The notes beneath the pieces were generated by a model. The model was not told where the DNA came from, searched no databases, and was given only the letters and a program-made list of their open reading frames with translations. Both the position numbers and the translations under genes were made by a program. A stretch of 64,000 bases of DNA from an uncultured Rikenellaceae bacterium (lineage in GTDB: Bacteria > Bacteroidota > Bacteroidia > Bacteroidales > VadinHA17), in NCBI GenBank assembly GCA_964633505.1, contig CAZWHC010000013.1:11685-75684 (forward strand), in the 5' to 3' direction. This document shows positions 53,180 to 61,505 of this stretch, one piece after another; position 1 is the stretch's first letter; the number at the start of each line of letters is the position of its first letter.

Positions 53180-53357
53180 TTATTAATGTTTTAAGGATTT
53201 ACTTAATTTAAATCCCGTAAAAGGAAAATTTCTGATTTAAAAAATGGCTGGAGTTATGGCGGAATACATTTTACCGGCGCATGCACATAGGCATGAGCGG
53301 TATTTGAAGTATTTCCCTGATCTGACAGAATGTTCTCATTGTTTTCCGTGTTTATTT

Positions 53358-53480
53358 TTATCATCTCCCGAACAATCGGGATTAGGTTTTGGCACCTTAA
53401 TCCGTCATCCTGCATTTTTCATTCTGCCGGATTGGTTGCCAGGGTTTCACTGAGCCTAATCTCTCCGCCCTTCTTAATAA
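53358..53480 (-). promoter_or_regulatory. SAM-I (S-box) riboswitch aptamer
   Basis: The minus strand reads UUAUUAAGAAGGGCGGAGAGAUUAGGCUCAGUGAAACCCUGGCAACCAAUCCGGCAG...AAGGUGCCAAAACC...GGGAGAUGAUAA. P1 is UUAUUA/UGAUAA. The GGAGxGA...GGCxC...GAAxCC...GGCAACC and AAGGUGCCAA blocks match the SAM-I consensus. Confidence 0.85.
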
Positions 53481-53523
53481 AAATCAAACACCCTTTATGG
53501 AAGGAATATTTGATTTGTGAGTG

Positions 53524-53554
53524 CAAATGTAGGAATGATTTTGAAATATGCAAA
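53524..53554 (-). promoter_or_regulatory. Bacteroidetes sigma-A promoter (-33 TTTG, 19-nt spacer, -7 TACATTTG) driving the SAM-I leader and met operon
   Basis: On the minus strand: TTTG (53554-53551), a 19-nt spacer, then TACATTTG (53531-53524), about 45 nt upstream of riboswitch P1. Confidence 0.6.
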
Positions 53555-53601
53555 AAAATGTTGACAGTCAATTAGCAATGCCCGTGTAAGGTTTTTTCCC
53601 T

Positions 53602-53609
53602 TACTTTTG
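53602..53609 (+). promoter_or_regulatory. Bacteroidetes-type -7 box (TACTTTTG) for cysS
   Basis: Matches TAnnTTTG, 19 nt upstream of the ATG at 53629. Confidence 0.45.
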
Positions 53610-53628
53610 TCGTGTAATTCATCATTCC

Positions 53629-55098
53629 ATGAAGAATAACTTCACAATCTACAATAGTCTTTCACGGCAGAAAGAGATTTTCAAACCCCTGAATCCGCCA
53701 TTTGCAGGTATTTATGTCTGCGGACCTACAGTTTACAGCAATGCTCATCTCGGGCATGCCAGGCCGGCAATAACATTTGACCTGCTTTACCGCTACCTGC
53801 TTCATCTGGGCTATAAGGTCAGATATGTAAGGAACATAACAGATGTCGGGCATCTCGAAAATGATGCTGATGAAGGCGAGGACAAGATTGAGAAGACAGC
53901 ACGGCTTGAGCATCTGGAACCGATGGAGGTGGTTCAGAATTATATGAACACCTTCCACAGGAACATGGATCAGCTCAACACCCTCAAACCATCAATAGAA
54001 CCGAGGGCTTCGGGACATATCATTGAACAACAGGAGTTTATAAGGCTTCTTCTCGATAAAGGCTATGCCTATGAGGTGAACGGATCTGTATATTTTGATG
54101 TGCTGCTTTACAATCAGACATATAAATACGGGAAACTGTCGGGACGTATTCTTGAAGATCTTCAGACAAATACAAGGGAACTGGAGGGGCAGGAAGAAAA
54201 AAGAAATCCCTTTGATTTTGCTCTTTGGAAAAAAGCCTCACCGGGTCATCTTATGAAATGGCCATCGCAATGGAGCGACGGTTATCCGGGATGGCATCTC
54301 GAATGTTCAGCGATGAGCATTAAATATCTTGGAGAAGTTTTTGATATCCATGGAGGAGGGATGGACCTGCAGTTCCCGCATCACGAGTGTGAAATTGCAC
54401 AGTCGACCGGAGCCCTTGGACATGAGTCGGTAAGATACTGGATGCACAATAACATGATCACCATAAACGGTCAGAAGATGGCGCGGTCGCTTGGTAATTT
54501 CATTACTCTCGACCAGCTGTTCAGCGGTGATCATCCCATGCTTGAACAGGCATACAGCCCGATGACAATCAGGTTCTTTATCCTGCAGGCTCATTACAGG
54601 AGCACTGTCGATTTCTCCAATGAGGCTCTGCAGGCGGCAGAAAAAGGATTGCAGAGGCTCTTCAAGGGATTGGAGACACTTGCAAAGCTTAAACCCTGCG
54701 AAAGCTCGACTGTCGATATAAACGATCTTAAGAAGAAATGCTATGACGCAATCGATGATGATCTGAACAGTCCGGTATTGCTGTCATATCTGTTTGAAGG
54801 AGTGAAATATATAAACCAGGTTAATGACGGCACCGAAAAGCTTAATGCTGATGATCTGGAGTCGCTTAAAAACCTGCTTCACACTTTTGTTTTTGATATT
54901 CTTGGTCTTGATGCAGGATCAGAAAGCGGCGGTGATGAAAAGCTTACGGCAGAGCTTATGAATATTATAATCGGCCTCCGTCAGGACGCCAGGGTTAAAA
55001 AAGACTTTGCCACATCCGACAAGATAAGGGATGAGCTTAAAAAAGCAGGTGTCATCCTGAAGGATAAGAAGGAAGGTGTTGAATGGGAAAAAGAATAA
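53629..55098 (+). CDS. cysS: Cysteine--tRNA ligase
   Basis: 489 aa with HIGH (NAHLGHA) and a KMSKS variant (KMARS). Confidence 0.96.
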   Translation: MKNNFTIYNSLSRQKEIFKPLNPPFAGIYVCGPTVYSNAHLGHARPAITFDLLYRYLLHLGYKVRYVRNITDVGHLENDADEGEDKIEKTARLEHLEPMEVVQNYMNTFHRNMDQLNTLKPSIEPRASGHIIEQQEFIRLLLDKGYAYEVNGSVYFDVLLYNQTYKYGKLSGRILEDLQTNTRELEGQEEKRNPFDFALWKKASPGHLMKWPSQWSDGYPGWHLECSAMSIKYLGEVFDIHGGGMDLQFPHHECEIAQSTGALGHESVRYWMHNNMITINGQKMARSLGNFITLDQLFSGDHPMLEQAYSPMTIRFFILQAHYRSTVDFSNEALQAAEKGLQRLFKGLETLAKLKPCESSTVDINDLKKKCYDAIDDDLNSPVLLSYLFEGVKYINQVNDGTEKLNADDLESLKNLLHTFVFDILGLDAGSESGGDEKLTAELMNIIIGLRQDARVKKDFATSDKIRDELKKAGVILKDKKEGVEWEKE

Positions 55099-55102
55099 AA
55101 AC

Positions 55103-55164
55103 AGGGGCCAGGGGTGGTTTGGATTTGATCCCCTCCCGGGAGGGGTAAGGGGTGGGTTGGATTT
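55103..55164 (-). repeat. G/C-rich palindromic repeat (copy C: short variant plus truncated unit) filling the cysS-ispG intergenic space
   Basis: The reverse complement of 55127-55164 is aaatccaacccaccccttacccctcccgggaggggatc, 38/38 identical to 57167-57204. It contains the 16-nt perfect palindrome cccctcccgggagggg and the run GGGAGGGGTAAGGGGTGGG (55138-55156). Confidence 0.85.
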
Positions 55165-55165
55165 C

Positions 55166-57115
55166 TCAGGATGGCTTTTTGCCAATATCTTCCTCAATAA
55201 TCCTCAGCAGCTCTTTCGCAGCCTCCTTCTGATTTACATTTTTCAGCACAGGCTCCATGCCCCTGTAAATATGAACCTTATCGGGTCCGGCACCAACATA
55301 TCCATAATCAGATCCGGCCATTTCACCTGGTCCGTTCACTATGCATCCCATTATTGCGATCCTGATACCGCTTAAGTGACTCGTCATCTGCTTCACTTCC
55401 TTTACTGCATCCTGAAGGTCGAATTTTGTTCGTCCGCATGTTGGGCATGACAGATATGTTACTCTTGTTATCCTGGCCTCAGTAGACTGCAAAAGTGAGA
55501 ATGCAAGTTCTCTGAGTTTTTCACCATGAACCGTACCTTTATTGCTTATACAAACACCGTCTGCCTGTTTTGTTATGAAGTATTTACCGAGTATTGATCC
55601 GATATCTATGGCAAGCTTTTCAGGATCATTTTCACTGAAAACAGGATTAAGTATAGTTGTGCCAGTATTTTTACGAATTACGAATTTCTCATATGGGTTG
55701 AAAGTGGAAATTGTAACATTTGTTACTTTCCCGTTTTCATCAAGGAAAGTTTCCTTTTCGGCAGTAAAGACTTCCGGTTTGTAAGGTTTCAGATGATTTT
55801 TAAATTCAAGTCTTTCTGAAGGCTCTTTAATCCGTCCATCTGGTCCTGCAATTGCGCGAAGGATTTCTTTTGCCACTGGTATCTCATTTTCCGGCGCTTC
55901 CGAGAGTGAGACCCTGATTGTATCACCTATACCTTCTGAAAGAAGAGCTCCTATCCCTGCAGCCGATCTCATCCTCCCGTCTTCCCCTTCTCCTGCTTCA
56001 GTGACACCAAGATGCAGCGGATATGCAAATCCTCCTGCAGTCATCATGTCGGCTAAAAGACGGGTAGCTTTTATCATCACTGCGGTATCCGACGATTTCA
56101 TCGAAAGTACTAGTGAATGGAAGTTCTCAGCTCTGAGAATCTTTATGAACTCCATTGCCGAAACAGCCATTCCTTCAGGTGTATTACCATACCTGGTCAT
56201 AATCCTGTCGGAAAGTGATCCGTGATTTACACCGATCCGGACAGCTGTCCCATTTGCAGTGCATATTTTGAGTAACGGAACAATTCTGGCATGAATCCTT
56301 TCAAGTTCTTCAGCATATTCCTTATCTGTGAATTCGGTTAAGGTGAAAGAGGCCCTCTTATCAACATAGTTCCCCGGATTTATCCTTATCTTTTCTACTA
56401 TTCCGGCAGCAACTTCGGCAACAGCGGGATTGAAATGGATATCTGCAATAAGAGGAGTATTAAACCCTGCCTTTCGAAGTTCATATTTAATATTTGCAAG
56501 GTTTTCCGCTTCCTTTACGCCCTGGGCTGTAATCCTGACAAAGTCGGCCCCGGCCTCGATTATCCTTATGCATTGTGCTACTGTTGCCCTGGTATCAAGG
56601 GTGTTTGTGTTTGTCATCGACTGGATCCTTACAGGATAGTCGCCTCCAAGAGGAACCGAACCTATAAATACTGGAGTGGAGATGTACCTTCTTAAGTTCC
56701 CCTCCCTGGAGAGCCTGCCCTGCTCCAGCGGGGGGTCAGGGGTGGGTCTCTTCCTCTCTACCCAATCCTCAATTACACTTAAAACATTCCACATATTCTT
56801 TTTAACTTCCAAATCATCAAATCTCAGGAAGCTAACTCCGAGCTTTTCAAGTTCCCTTTGCCTTTCTTCATCGTAGTCATACCTGTAAGTATGTGAGTCT
56901 CCATCAATCTCGATAGCAAGACTCAACTCCTTGCAATAAAAATCGACAATATAATTGCCAATTGGAATTTGCCGGTCAAAATCAAAACCAAGGATTTTCT
57001 TTTGCTTCAATTCATTCCATAGAAGAACTTCTGAAAGGGTCATGTTTTTTCGTAATTGCCTTGCAAGCTCTTTTAATTCAGGATTATATGGGATGATCGT
57101 ATGCTTTTTAGGCAT
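55166..57115 (-). CDS. ispG: Fusion ORF: N-terminal DUF559 endonuclease-like domain, repeat-encoded linker, then 4-hydroxy-3-methylbut-2-en-1-yl diphosphate synthase (IspG/GcpE, long form)
   Basis: 649 aa. Residues 1-120 are DUF559-like (YNPELKELARQLRKNMTLSEVLLWNELK...YIVDFYC...LAIEIDGDSH...FLRFDDLEV). Residues 123-141, RPTPDPPLEQGRLSREGNL, are a translated repeat. From residue 142 the sequence is IspG-like (RRYISTPVFIGSVPLGGDYPVRIQSMTNT...CPTCGRT). Confidence 0.85.
   Translation of the reverse strand: MPKKHTIIPYNPELKELARQLRKNMTLSEVLLWNELKQKKILGFDFDRQIPIGNYIVDFYCKELSLAIEIDGDSHTYRYDYDEERQRELEKLGVSFLRFDDLEVKKNMWNVLSVIEDWVERKRPTPDPPLEQGRLSREGNLRRYISTPVFIGSVPLGGDYPVRIQSMTNTNTLDTRATVAQCIRIIEAGADFVRITAQGVKEAENLANIKYELRKAGFNTPLIADIHFNPAVAEVAAGIVEKIRINPGNYVDKRASFTLTEFTDKEYAEELERIHARIVPLLKICTANGTAVRIGVNHGSLSDRIMTRYGNTPEGMAVSAMEFIKILRAENFHSLVLSMKSSDTAVMIKATRLLADMMTAGGFAYPLHLGVTEAGEGEDGRMRSAAGIGALLSEGIGDTIRVSLSEAPENEIPVAKEILRAIAGPDGRIKEPSERLEFKNHLKPYKPEVFTAEKETFLDENGKVTNVTISTFNPYEKFVIRKNTGTTILNPVFSENDPEKLAIDIGSILGKYFITKQADGVCISNKGTVHGEKLRELAFSLLQSTEARITRVTYLSCPTCGRTKFDLQDAVKEVKQMTSHLSGIRIAIMGCIVNGPGEMAGSDYGYVGAGPDKVHIYRGMEPVLKNVNQKEAAKELLRIIEEDIGKKPS
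56696..56749 (-). repeat. G/C-rich palindromic repeat, long variant (copy D), lying inside the fusion ORF
   Basis: The reverse complement reads acccacccctgaccccccgctggagcagggcaggctctccagggaggggaa, about 50/55 identical to copy B2 at 57207-57267 in inverted orientation. Confidence 0.85.
56765..57115 (-). other. DUF559 (Vsr-like endonuclease fold) domain-coding segment of the fusion ORF
   Basis: Motifs as listed for the fusion ORF. This length is that of a stand-alone DUF559 protein. Confidence 0.8.
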
Positions 57116-57166
57116 TGTGTAACTCTTTTAATCAAATTATTAGTTGTTGATGGGAGCAAGTTTTTA

Positions 57167-57306
57167 AAATCCAACCCACCCCTTACCCCTCCCGGGAGGG
57201 GATCTGAAAACCAACCCACCCCTAGCCCCCCGATGGAGCAGGGCAGGCTCTCCAAGGAGGGGAATTTGAAAGAAACCCACCCCTGGCCCCTCCAGGGAGG
57301 GGAACC
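57167..57306 (+). repeat. Block of three G/C-rich palindromic repeat units (B1 short, B2 long, B3 short)
   Basis: B1 is 57167-57204, B2 is 57207-57267 and B3 is 57270-57306. Each begins A-rich plus ACCCACCCCT and ends CC-NGG-GAGGGGA. Confidence 0.85.
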
Positions 57307-57331
57307 CTCTCAATGGTCATCTGTCCTCTTT

Positions 57332-57408
57332 CCCTGAGCCCTGAGCCCTGAGCCCTGTGCCCTGTGCCCTGAGCCCTGTGCCCTGAGCCCTGTGCCCTGA
57401 GCCCTGAG
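57332..57408. repeat. Heptamer tandem repeat (CCCTGWG) x11
   Basis: ccctgag x3, ccctgtg x2, ccctgag, ccctgtg, ccctgag, ccctgtg, ccctgag x2. A 12th degenerate unit, cccttca, contains the rnr stop codon (tca at 57413-57415). Confidence 0.9.
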
Positions 57409-57412
57409 CCCT

Positions 57413-59542
57413 TCAGGCAAACCTATAATCAAGCTGTTTTTTCTGAAGGTCTGCTTTGACGACCTCAACCTTCACCCTGTCGCCCAGAGTATATACCTTT
57501 CCCCTTGAACGGCCCCTGATGCAGTAGTTTTCCTCATCATATTCATAATAATCATCGCCCAGATCCCTTACGCTTACCATCCCTTCGCATTGATTCTCAA
57601 TGATCTCGACATAGATACCCCATTCAGTGACTCCTGAGATCACACCTTCGAAGACCTGGCCGGTCCTTTCGCTCATAAACTCCACCTGTTTATATTTTAC
57701 AGATGCTCTTTCGGCCTCATTTGCAAGCCTTTCCATCTTTGAGGAGTGCTCACAAAGCTTTTCATATTTTTCCTGGGTCCCGGGATTTTCCCTGCTCAGG
57801 TATGAAGTAAGCAGCCGGTGTACCATCATATCGGGGTAGCGGCGTATAGGAGATGTAAAGTGGGTATAATATTTAAATGCAAGTCCATAGTGCCCTATAT
57901 TTTTCGTTGAGTAGATTGCCTTGGCCATTGATCTCAGGGCGATAGTCTCGATTATATTCTGCTCGCTCCTGCCTGCAACCTCCTTCATGAGCTTGTTCAT
58001 GGCGCGGGGCAGGCTGTTTGCATCATCAGGAAGCTTATAGCCGAACCTTGTTATGAACTGTCTGAAGTTCCCGATCTTTTCAGGATCGGGTTTATCGTGT
58101 ATCCTGTAAACGAATGTTTTCCCTTTCAGGTTCCGTGTCACGAACTCAGCCACCTTCCTGTTTGCCAGAAGCATGAACTCTTCAATAAGCTGGTTGGAGG
58201 TTCCCATTTCGCGAAACTTTATTCCAACAGGCCTGCCGTTTTCATCAAGGTCAAATTTTACTTCCTCCCTCTCAAAGGAAAATGCGCCCATCCCGAACCG
58301 TTTTGTCCTGAGCTGCTGTGCAAGACTATGCAGAGGAAGCAGTAATTCTTTCATATCGCCTTCGCCGGTGTCGATTACCTTTTGGGCATCACCGTATGAA
58401 AACCTCCTGTCGGAATTAATAATTGTCTTCCCAAACCATTCATTCAGCACTTCTGCCCTTTCATTCAGTTCAAATACCGCAGAATATGTAAGTTTATCTT
58501 CCGACGGATTAAGGGAACAGATATGGTTCGACAATCTTTCGGGGAGCATCGGGACTACCCTGTCGACAAGATAAACTGATGTTGCCCTTTGCCTTGCCTC
58601 ATTTTCAACAACCGAACCCTGACGGACATAATGTGTTACGTCGGCGATATGAACTCCAACCTCGAAATTTCCGTTTTCGAGCTGTCTCATTGAAAGAGCG
58701 TCGTCGAAATCCTTCGCATCTTCAGGATCGATGGTGAATGTCGGGATATCGCGGAAATCCCTTCTTTCCTTAATATCAGCCTCTGTTATTTCACCATTAA
58801 TCCTTTCGGCATCCTTTTCAACCTCTTCATCGAACTTGTAGGGAAGCTCAAATTCTGCGAGGATGGCATGGATCTCTGTTTCATGCATCCCCGGGTCTCC
58901 AAGGACGTCAATGATCTCCGCAACAGGATTTTTTGATCCCCGGCTCCAGTCCACTACCTTTGCAACTGCTTTCTGCCCCTGTCTAGCACCGTTCAGCTTT
59001 GAGGAAGGGATGAACAGATCGAACGGCATATTTTTGTTATCGGGGATAAGAAAAGCGAAGTTGGGCATTATCTCAACGGTACCGACGAAAGATGTCCTCC
59101 AGCGTTCGATTATCTCTACAACTTCACCCTCGGGCCTTGCGCCTTTTCTTTTTGCAAACAGCCAGACTTTAACCTTATCGCCATGAAGTGCAGTATTGAG
59201 ATTCTTCGAAGAAACGAAGATATCATCATCACTTTCATCCGATTTTATGAAACCATAACCCATTCGTGTCATATCGACGGTTCCGGTTATATAAACCTTG
59301 GCCGGCGCCTTTGAACGGTATTTACCCTGATAGACTTCGACAATCTCGCCCTTCGCGGCAAGTTCCCTCAGTGCATTGGATACCATTCTCCTTTCAGACG
59401 AATCGTTAAAATTTAACCTTTTGGAGATTTGCTTATAATTAAATGTCTGCTGGGGATTCCCCGACAATACAGACATAATCTGGCCTGTTATCGCATCATC
59501 CGGCACTCCCTGCCGTTTTTTTCCTTTACCCTTCGAACTCAT
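57413..59542 (-). CDS. rnr: Ribonuclease R
   Basis: RNB catalytic domain, N-terminal winged-helix/cold-shock region and C-terminal S1 domain (…GVISGVTEWGIYVEI…). Start moved to the ATG at 59542 (MSSKGKGKKRQG); the track TTG start at 59614 abuts the divergent gene. Confidence 0.92.
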   Translation of the reverse strand: MSSKGKGKKRQGVPDDAITGQIMSVLSGNPQQTFNYKQISKRLNFNDSSERRMVSNALRELAAKGEIVEVYQGKYRSKAPAKVYITGTVDMTRMGYGFIKSDESDDDIFVSSKNLNTALHGDKVKVWLFAKRKGARPEGEVVEIIERWRTSFVGTVEIMPNFAFLIPDNKNMPFDLFIPSSKLNGARQGQKAVAKVVDWSRGSKNPVAEIIDVLGDPGMHETEIHAILAEFELPYKFDEEVEKDAERINGEITEADIKERRDFRDIPTFTIDPEDAKDFDDALSMRQLENGNFEVGVHIADVTHYVRQGSVVENEARQRATSVYLVDRVVPMLPERLSNHICSLNPSEDKLTYSAVFELNERAEVLNEWFGKTIINSDRRFSYGDAQKVIDTGEGDMKELLLPLHSLAQQLRTKRFGMGAFSFEREEVKFDLDENGRPVGIKFREMGTSNQLIEEFMLLANRKVAEFVTRNLKGKTFVYRIHDKPDPEKIGNFRQFITRFGYKLPDDANSLPRAMNKLMKEVAGRSEQNIIETIALRSMAKAIYSTKNIGHYGLAFKYYTHFTSPIRRYPDMMVHRLLTSYLSRENPGTQEKYEKLCEHSSKMERLANEAERASVKYKQVEFMSERTGQVFEGVISGVTEWGIYVEIIENQCEGMVSVRDLGDDYYEYDEENYCIRGRSRGKVYTLGDRVKVEVVKADLQKKQLDYRFA

Positions 59543-59587
59543 GATTCCGGTTTTTGCGAAGTTAGGAAAAGGATAATGAAAAAACAG

Positions 59588-59595
59588 TACATTTG
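59588..59595 (+). promoter_or_regulatory. Bacteroidetes-type -7 box (TACATTTG) for the PqqD-like operon
   Basis: Matches TAnnTTTG, 18 nt upstream of the ATG at 59614. Confidence 0.45.
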
Positions 59596-59613
59596 ATACA
59601 TAATTGAAATTCA

Positions 59614-59901
59614 ATGGCAGATCTCAGTTCGGTATTCACCCATTCACGCAATATTGTTACCAGGAAAACCGGGAATGAATATGTTCTTGTTCCGGTAGCG
59701 AATAACATTGCCGACATGAATAGTGTTTACACTCTCAATGAAACGGCGGCGTTTATCTGGGAACATCTCGACGGGAAGAAAAGTTTGAGGGAAATCGTTG
59801 ATTATCTGATCGAAGAATATGATATCGATTTTGATTCGGCGTCAGCAGATATGTCGGAATTCATTGACAATATGACTAAATACCTCATCATCAACAAATA
59901 A
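59614..59901 (+). CDS. PqqD-family protein (RiPP recognition element-like peptide chaperone)
   Basis: 95 aa: ...GNEYVLVPV...SVYTLNETAAFIWEHLDGKKSLREIVDYLIEEYDIDFDSASADMSEFIDNM fits the PqqD pattern (LN.t...iW..ldG..s..ei...l..eYdv....a..D...Fi). Confidence 0.8.
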   Translation: MADLSSVFTHSRNIVTRKTGNEYVLVPVANNIADMNSVYTLNETAAFIWEHLDGKKSLREIVDYLIEEYDIDFDSASADMSEFIDNMTKYLIINK

Positions 59902-60027
59902 TATAATATTTACAGTAAAAATGCGTTAATTCTTCAGAGTGATAAACAAAAGTAGAACATTATTCTCTGAAGAGTGCAGAATTTATATAGTCACAGTCAA
60001 AGCAGCGTAGGATTCTACTCTCTGTTA

Positions 60028-60936
60028 ATGGAAAAACAACAGATGAGCAGTATGAGAAGTTATAATCTGAATATAGCCGGGTATAATATAAGGTTGGAAT
60101 CTGCCGACGACGGACCCGATCTGGTCCCTTCGCAGCGGTTCAGGAAGAATATTGTCAGAAGTCCTCTTTATGATGTATGCATAAAGGTTCATCATGGAGG
60201 CCTGAGACCGGATGATGAGGCTGAAAGACTGTTTGTCGCTCCCTATATCGTTGAGATAAACGGATACAAGATCACCCGCAGTGACAATTTCTGGAGCGTA
60301 TACAAGCAAAACGGCGATTTACTTCTGGTAACTAATTTCCCTGATTCGCCCGGGAAAAAGGCTATCCTGAAGTTTTCCCTGTCGCTCAGGGAATGGGATC
60401 TCTGGATTGAAAATGCAGGCTATGAGACTGATCCCCTTGAATATCCCCTCGACGGACTTATTCTCTACTATCTCACTGCGATAAATGCCAACCTTATGAT
60501 ACATGCCTCAGGTGTTTTCTACAACGGACGGGGTTATTTATTCAGCGGGATGTCGGGTAAGGGTAAAACTACAATGGCCACTCTCTGGGATAACATAGGC
60601 GCCCAGGTAATACATGACGACAGGCTCATTATAAGGGATAACGAAGGAATTTTCAGGATGCACAATACCCCGGTTTACAGGAACGATATACCCCGCAGCG
60701 CTTCTATCGACAGGATTTTCCTTATTGAACATGGGAAGGAAAACAGGATCACACCTTTAAGGGAAGCCGCTGCTGTTTCAAATGTTGTGGCAAACTGCAT
60801 CCAGCATAATTACAGTCCCGATATGATAGCCAGGTTTCTCGGGTCTGTTTCACTGATGTGCTCGAAGGTGCCTGTTGCCAGGCTCACCTTCAGACCCGAC
60901 AGGAGCATCATTGAATATATTCTCAGGAATGAATAG
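60028..60936 (+). CDS. HprK-related P-loop kinase-like protein
   Basis: HASGVFYNGRGYLFSGMSGKGKTTMATLW...VIHDDRLII parallels the HPr kinase C-terminal domain (GxSGxGKS/T P-loop followed by ADD). The N-terminal 170 aa or so are unassigned. Start taken at the ATG at 60028; the track GTG at 59974 is possible. Confidence 0.72.
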   Translation: MEKQQMSSMRSYNLNIAGYNIRLESADDGPDLVPSQRFRKNIVRSPLYDVCIKVHHGGLRPDDEAERLFVAPYIVEINGYKITRSDNFWSVYKQNGDLLLVTNFPDSPGKKAILKFSLSLREWDLWIENAGYETDPLEYPLDGLILYYLTAINANLMIHASGVFYNGRGYLFSGMSGKGKTTMATLWDNIGAQVIHDDRLIIRDNEGIFRMHNTPVYRNDIPRSASIDRIFLIEHGKENRITPLREAAAVSNVVANCIQHNYSPDMIARFLGSVSLMCSKVPVARLTFRPDRSIIEYILRNE

Positions 60937-61381
60937 CCGCCTGGCTCATACTCTCCTGAAAGATGTTGGATTCAGCCTGCTGGCTGAAGGCACTACTATC
61001 AGGATCAGAGCCGATGGTTATAGCATGTATCCCCGTATAAAACCCGGATCTGTAATTTATATAGAGCCGGTAAATGAAAACTCATTGCCATCGACTGGCG
61101 ATATTGCAGCCTTGAAAAAGGATTCGGGATTCATTGTACACCGTATAGTCCGCATCTTTGAGGATGGGGGAAAGAAATTTGTAGTTACCCGCGGCGACAG
61201 CGGGATGGAAGAAGATGATCCTGAACCTGTAAGCAACATTGCCGGAAGAGTAGTGAAAGTTGAAATGCCTTCTGGAAAAGCCCTTACAGAAAAAGCGCTG
61301 AATAAAAATCCAAATTATACCCTGAACCGGTTATTGCTAAGGATTATTTTGCAAATTAGCAGATTGAAAAGGATTCTTTGA
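60929..61381 (+). CDS. S26B (SipW/Sec11/archaeal-type, Ser-His) signal-peptidase-like protease with no evident N-terminal TM anchor
   Basis: ADGYSMYP (Ser nucleophile), GDIAAL...FIVHRIV (His where bacterial SPase I has Lys) and TRGDSGMEEDDPEPV. The start ATG at 60929 overlaps the upstream stop (ATGAATAG). Confidence 0.7.
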   Translation: MNSRLAHTLLKDVGFSLLAEGTTIRIRADGYSMYPRIKPGSVIYIEPVNENSLPSTGDIAALKKDSGFIVHRIVRIFEDGGKKFVVTRGDSGMEEDDPEPVSNIAGRVVKVEMPSGKALTEKALNKNPNYTLNRLLLRIILQISRLKRIL

Positions 61382-61505
61382 GGACGCTTTAATAATTCCT
61401 TTGAGATCTTCGTGCCGGCCTTTATGTAATTTGCGGTAAAATTCTTTTATCGCAAATGGCACAAAGTACAACACAAAGTAACGCAAAGGAGGGGATGCAA
61501 ATTCT

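Larger units (their letters stand above)
56696..57267 (-). mobile_element. Candidate DUF559 cassette bounded by about 55-bp terminal inverted repeats
   Basis: On the plus strand the unit starts TTCCCCTCC... and ends ...GGAGGGGAA, and it encloses only the DUF559 domain-coding segment and its upstream region. No target-site duplication was seen. Confidence 0.4.

Noticed and set aside
55099-55165. Canonical bidirectional intrinsic terminator between cysS and ispG
   Set aside because: The cccctcccgggagggg palindrome is present, but neither strand has a U-run after it, so I list it only as a repeat.
59543-59614. Longer N-terminal extensions from alternative starts: rnr TTG 59614, topA TTG 11052, metF ATG 47060, DUF4834 ATG 23546, porP TTG 14609
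   Set aside because: The extensions add non-conserved residues ahead of family-typical N-termini and create overlaps with neighbouring genes or promoter boxes. Internal ATGs give canonical N-termini.
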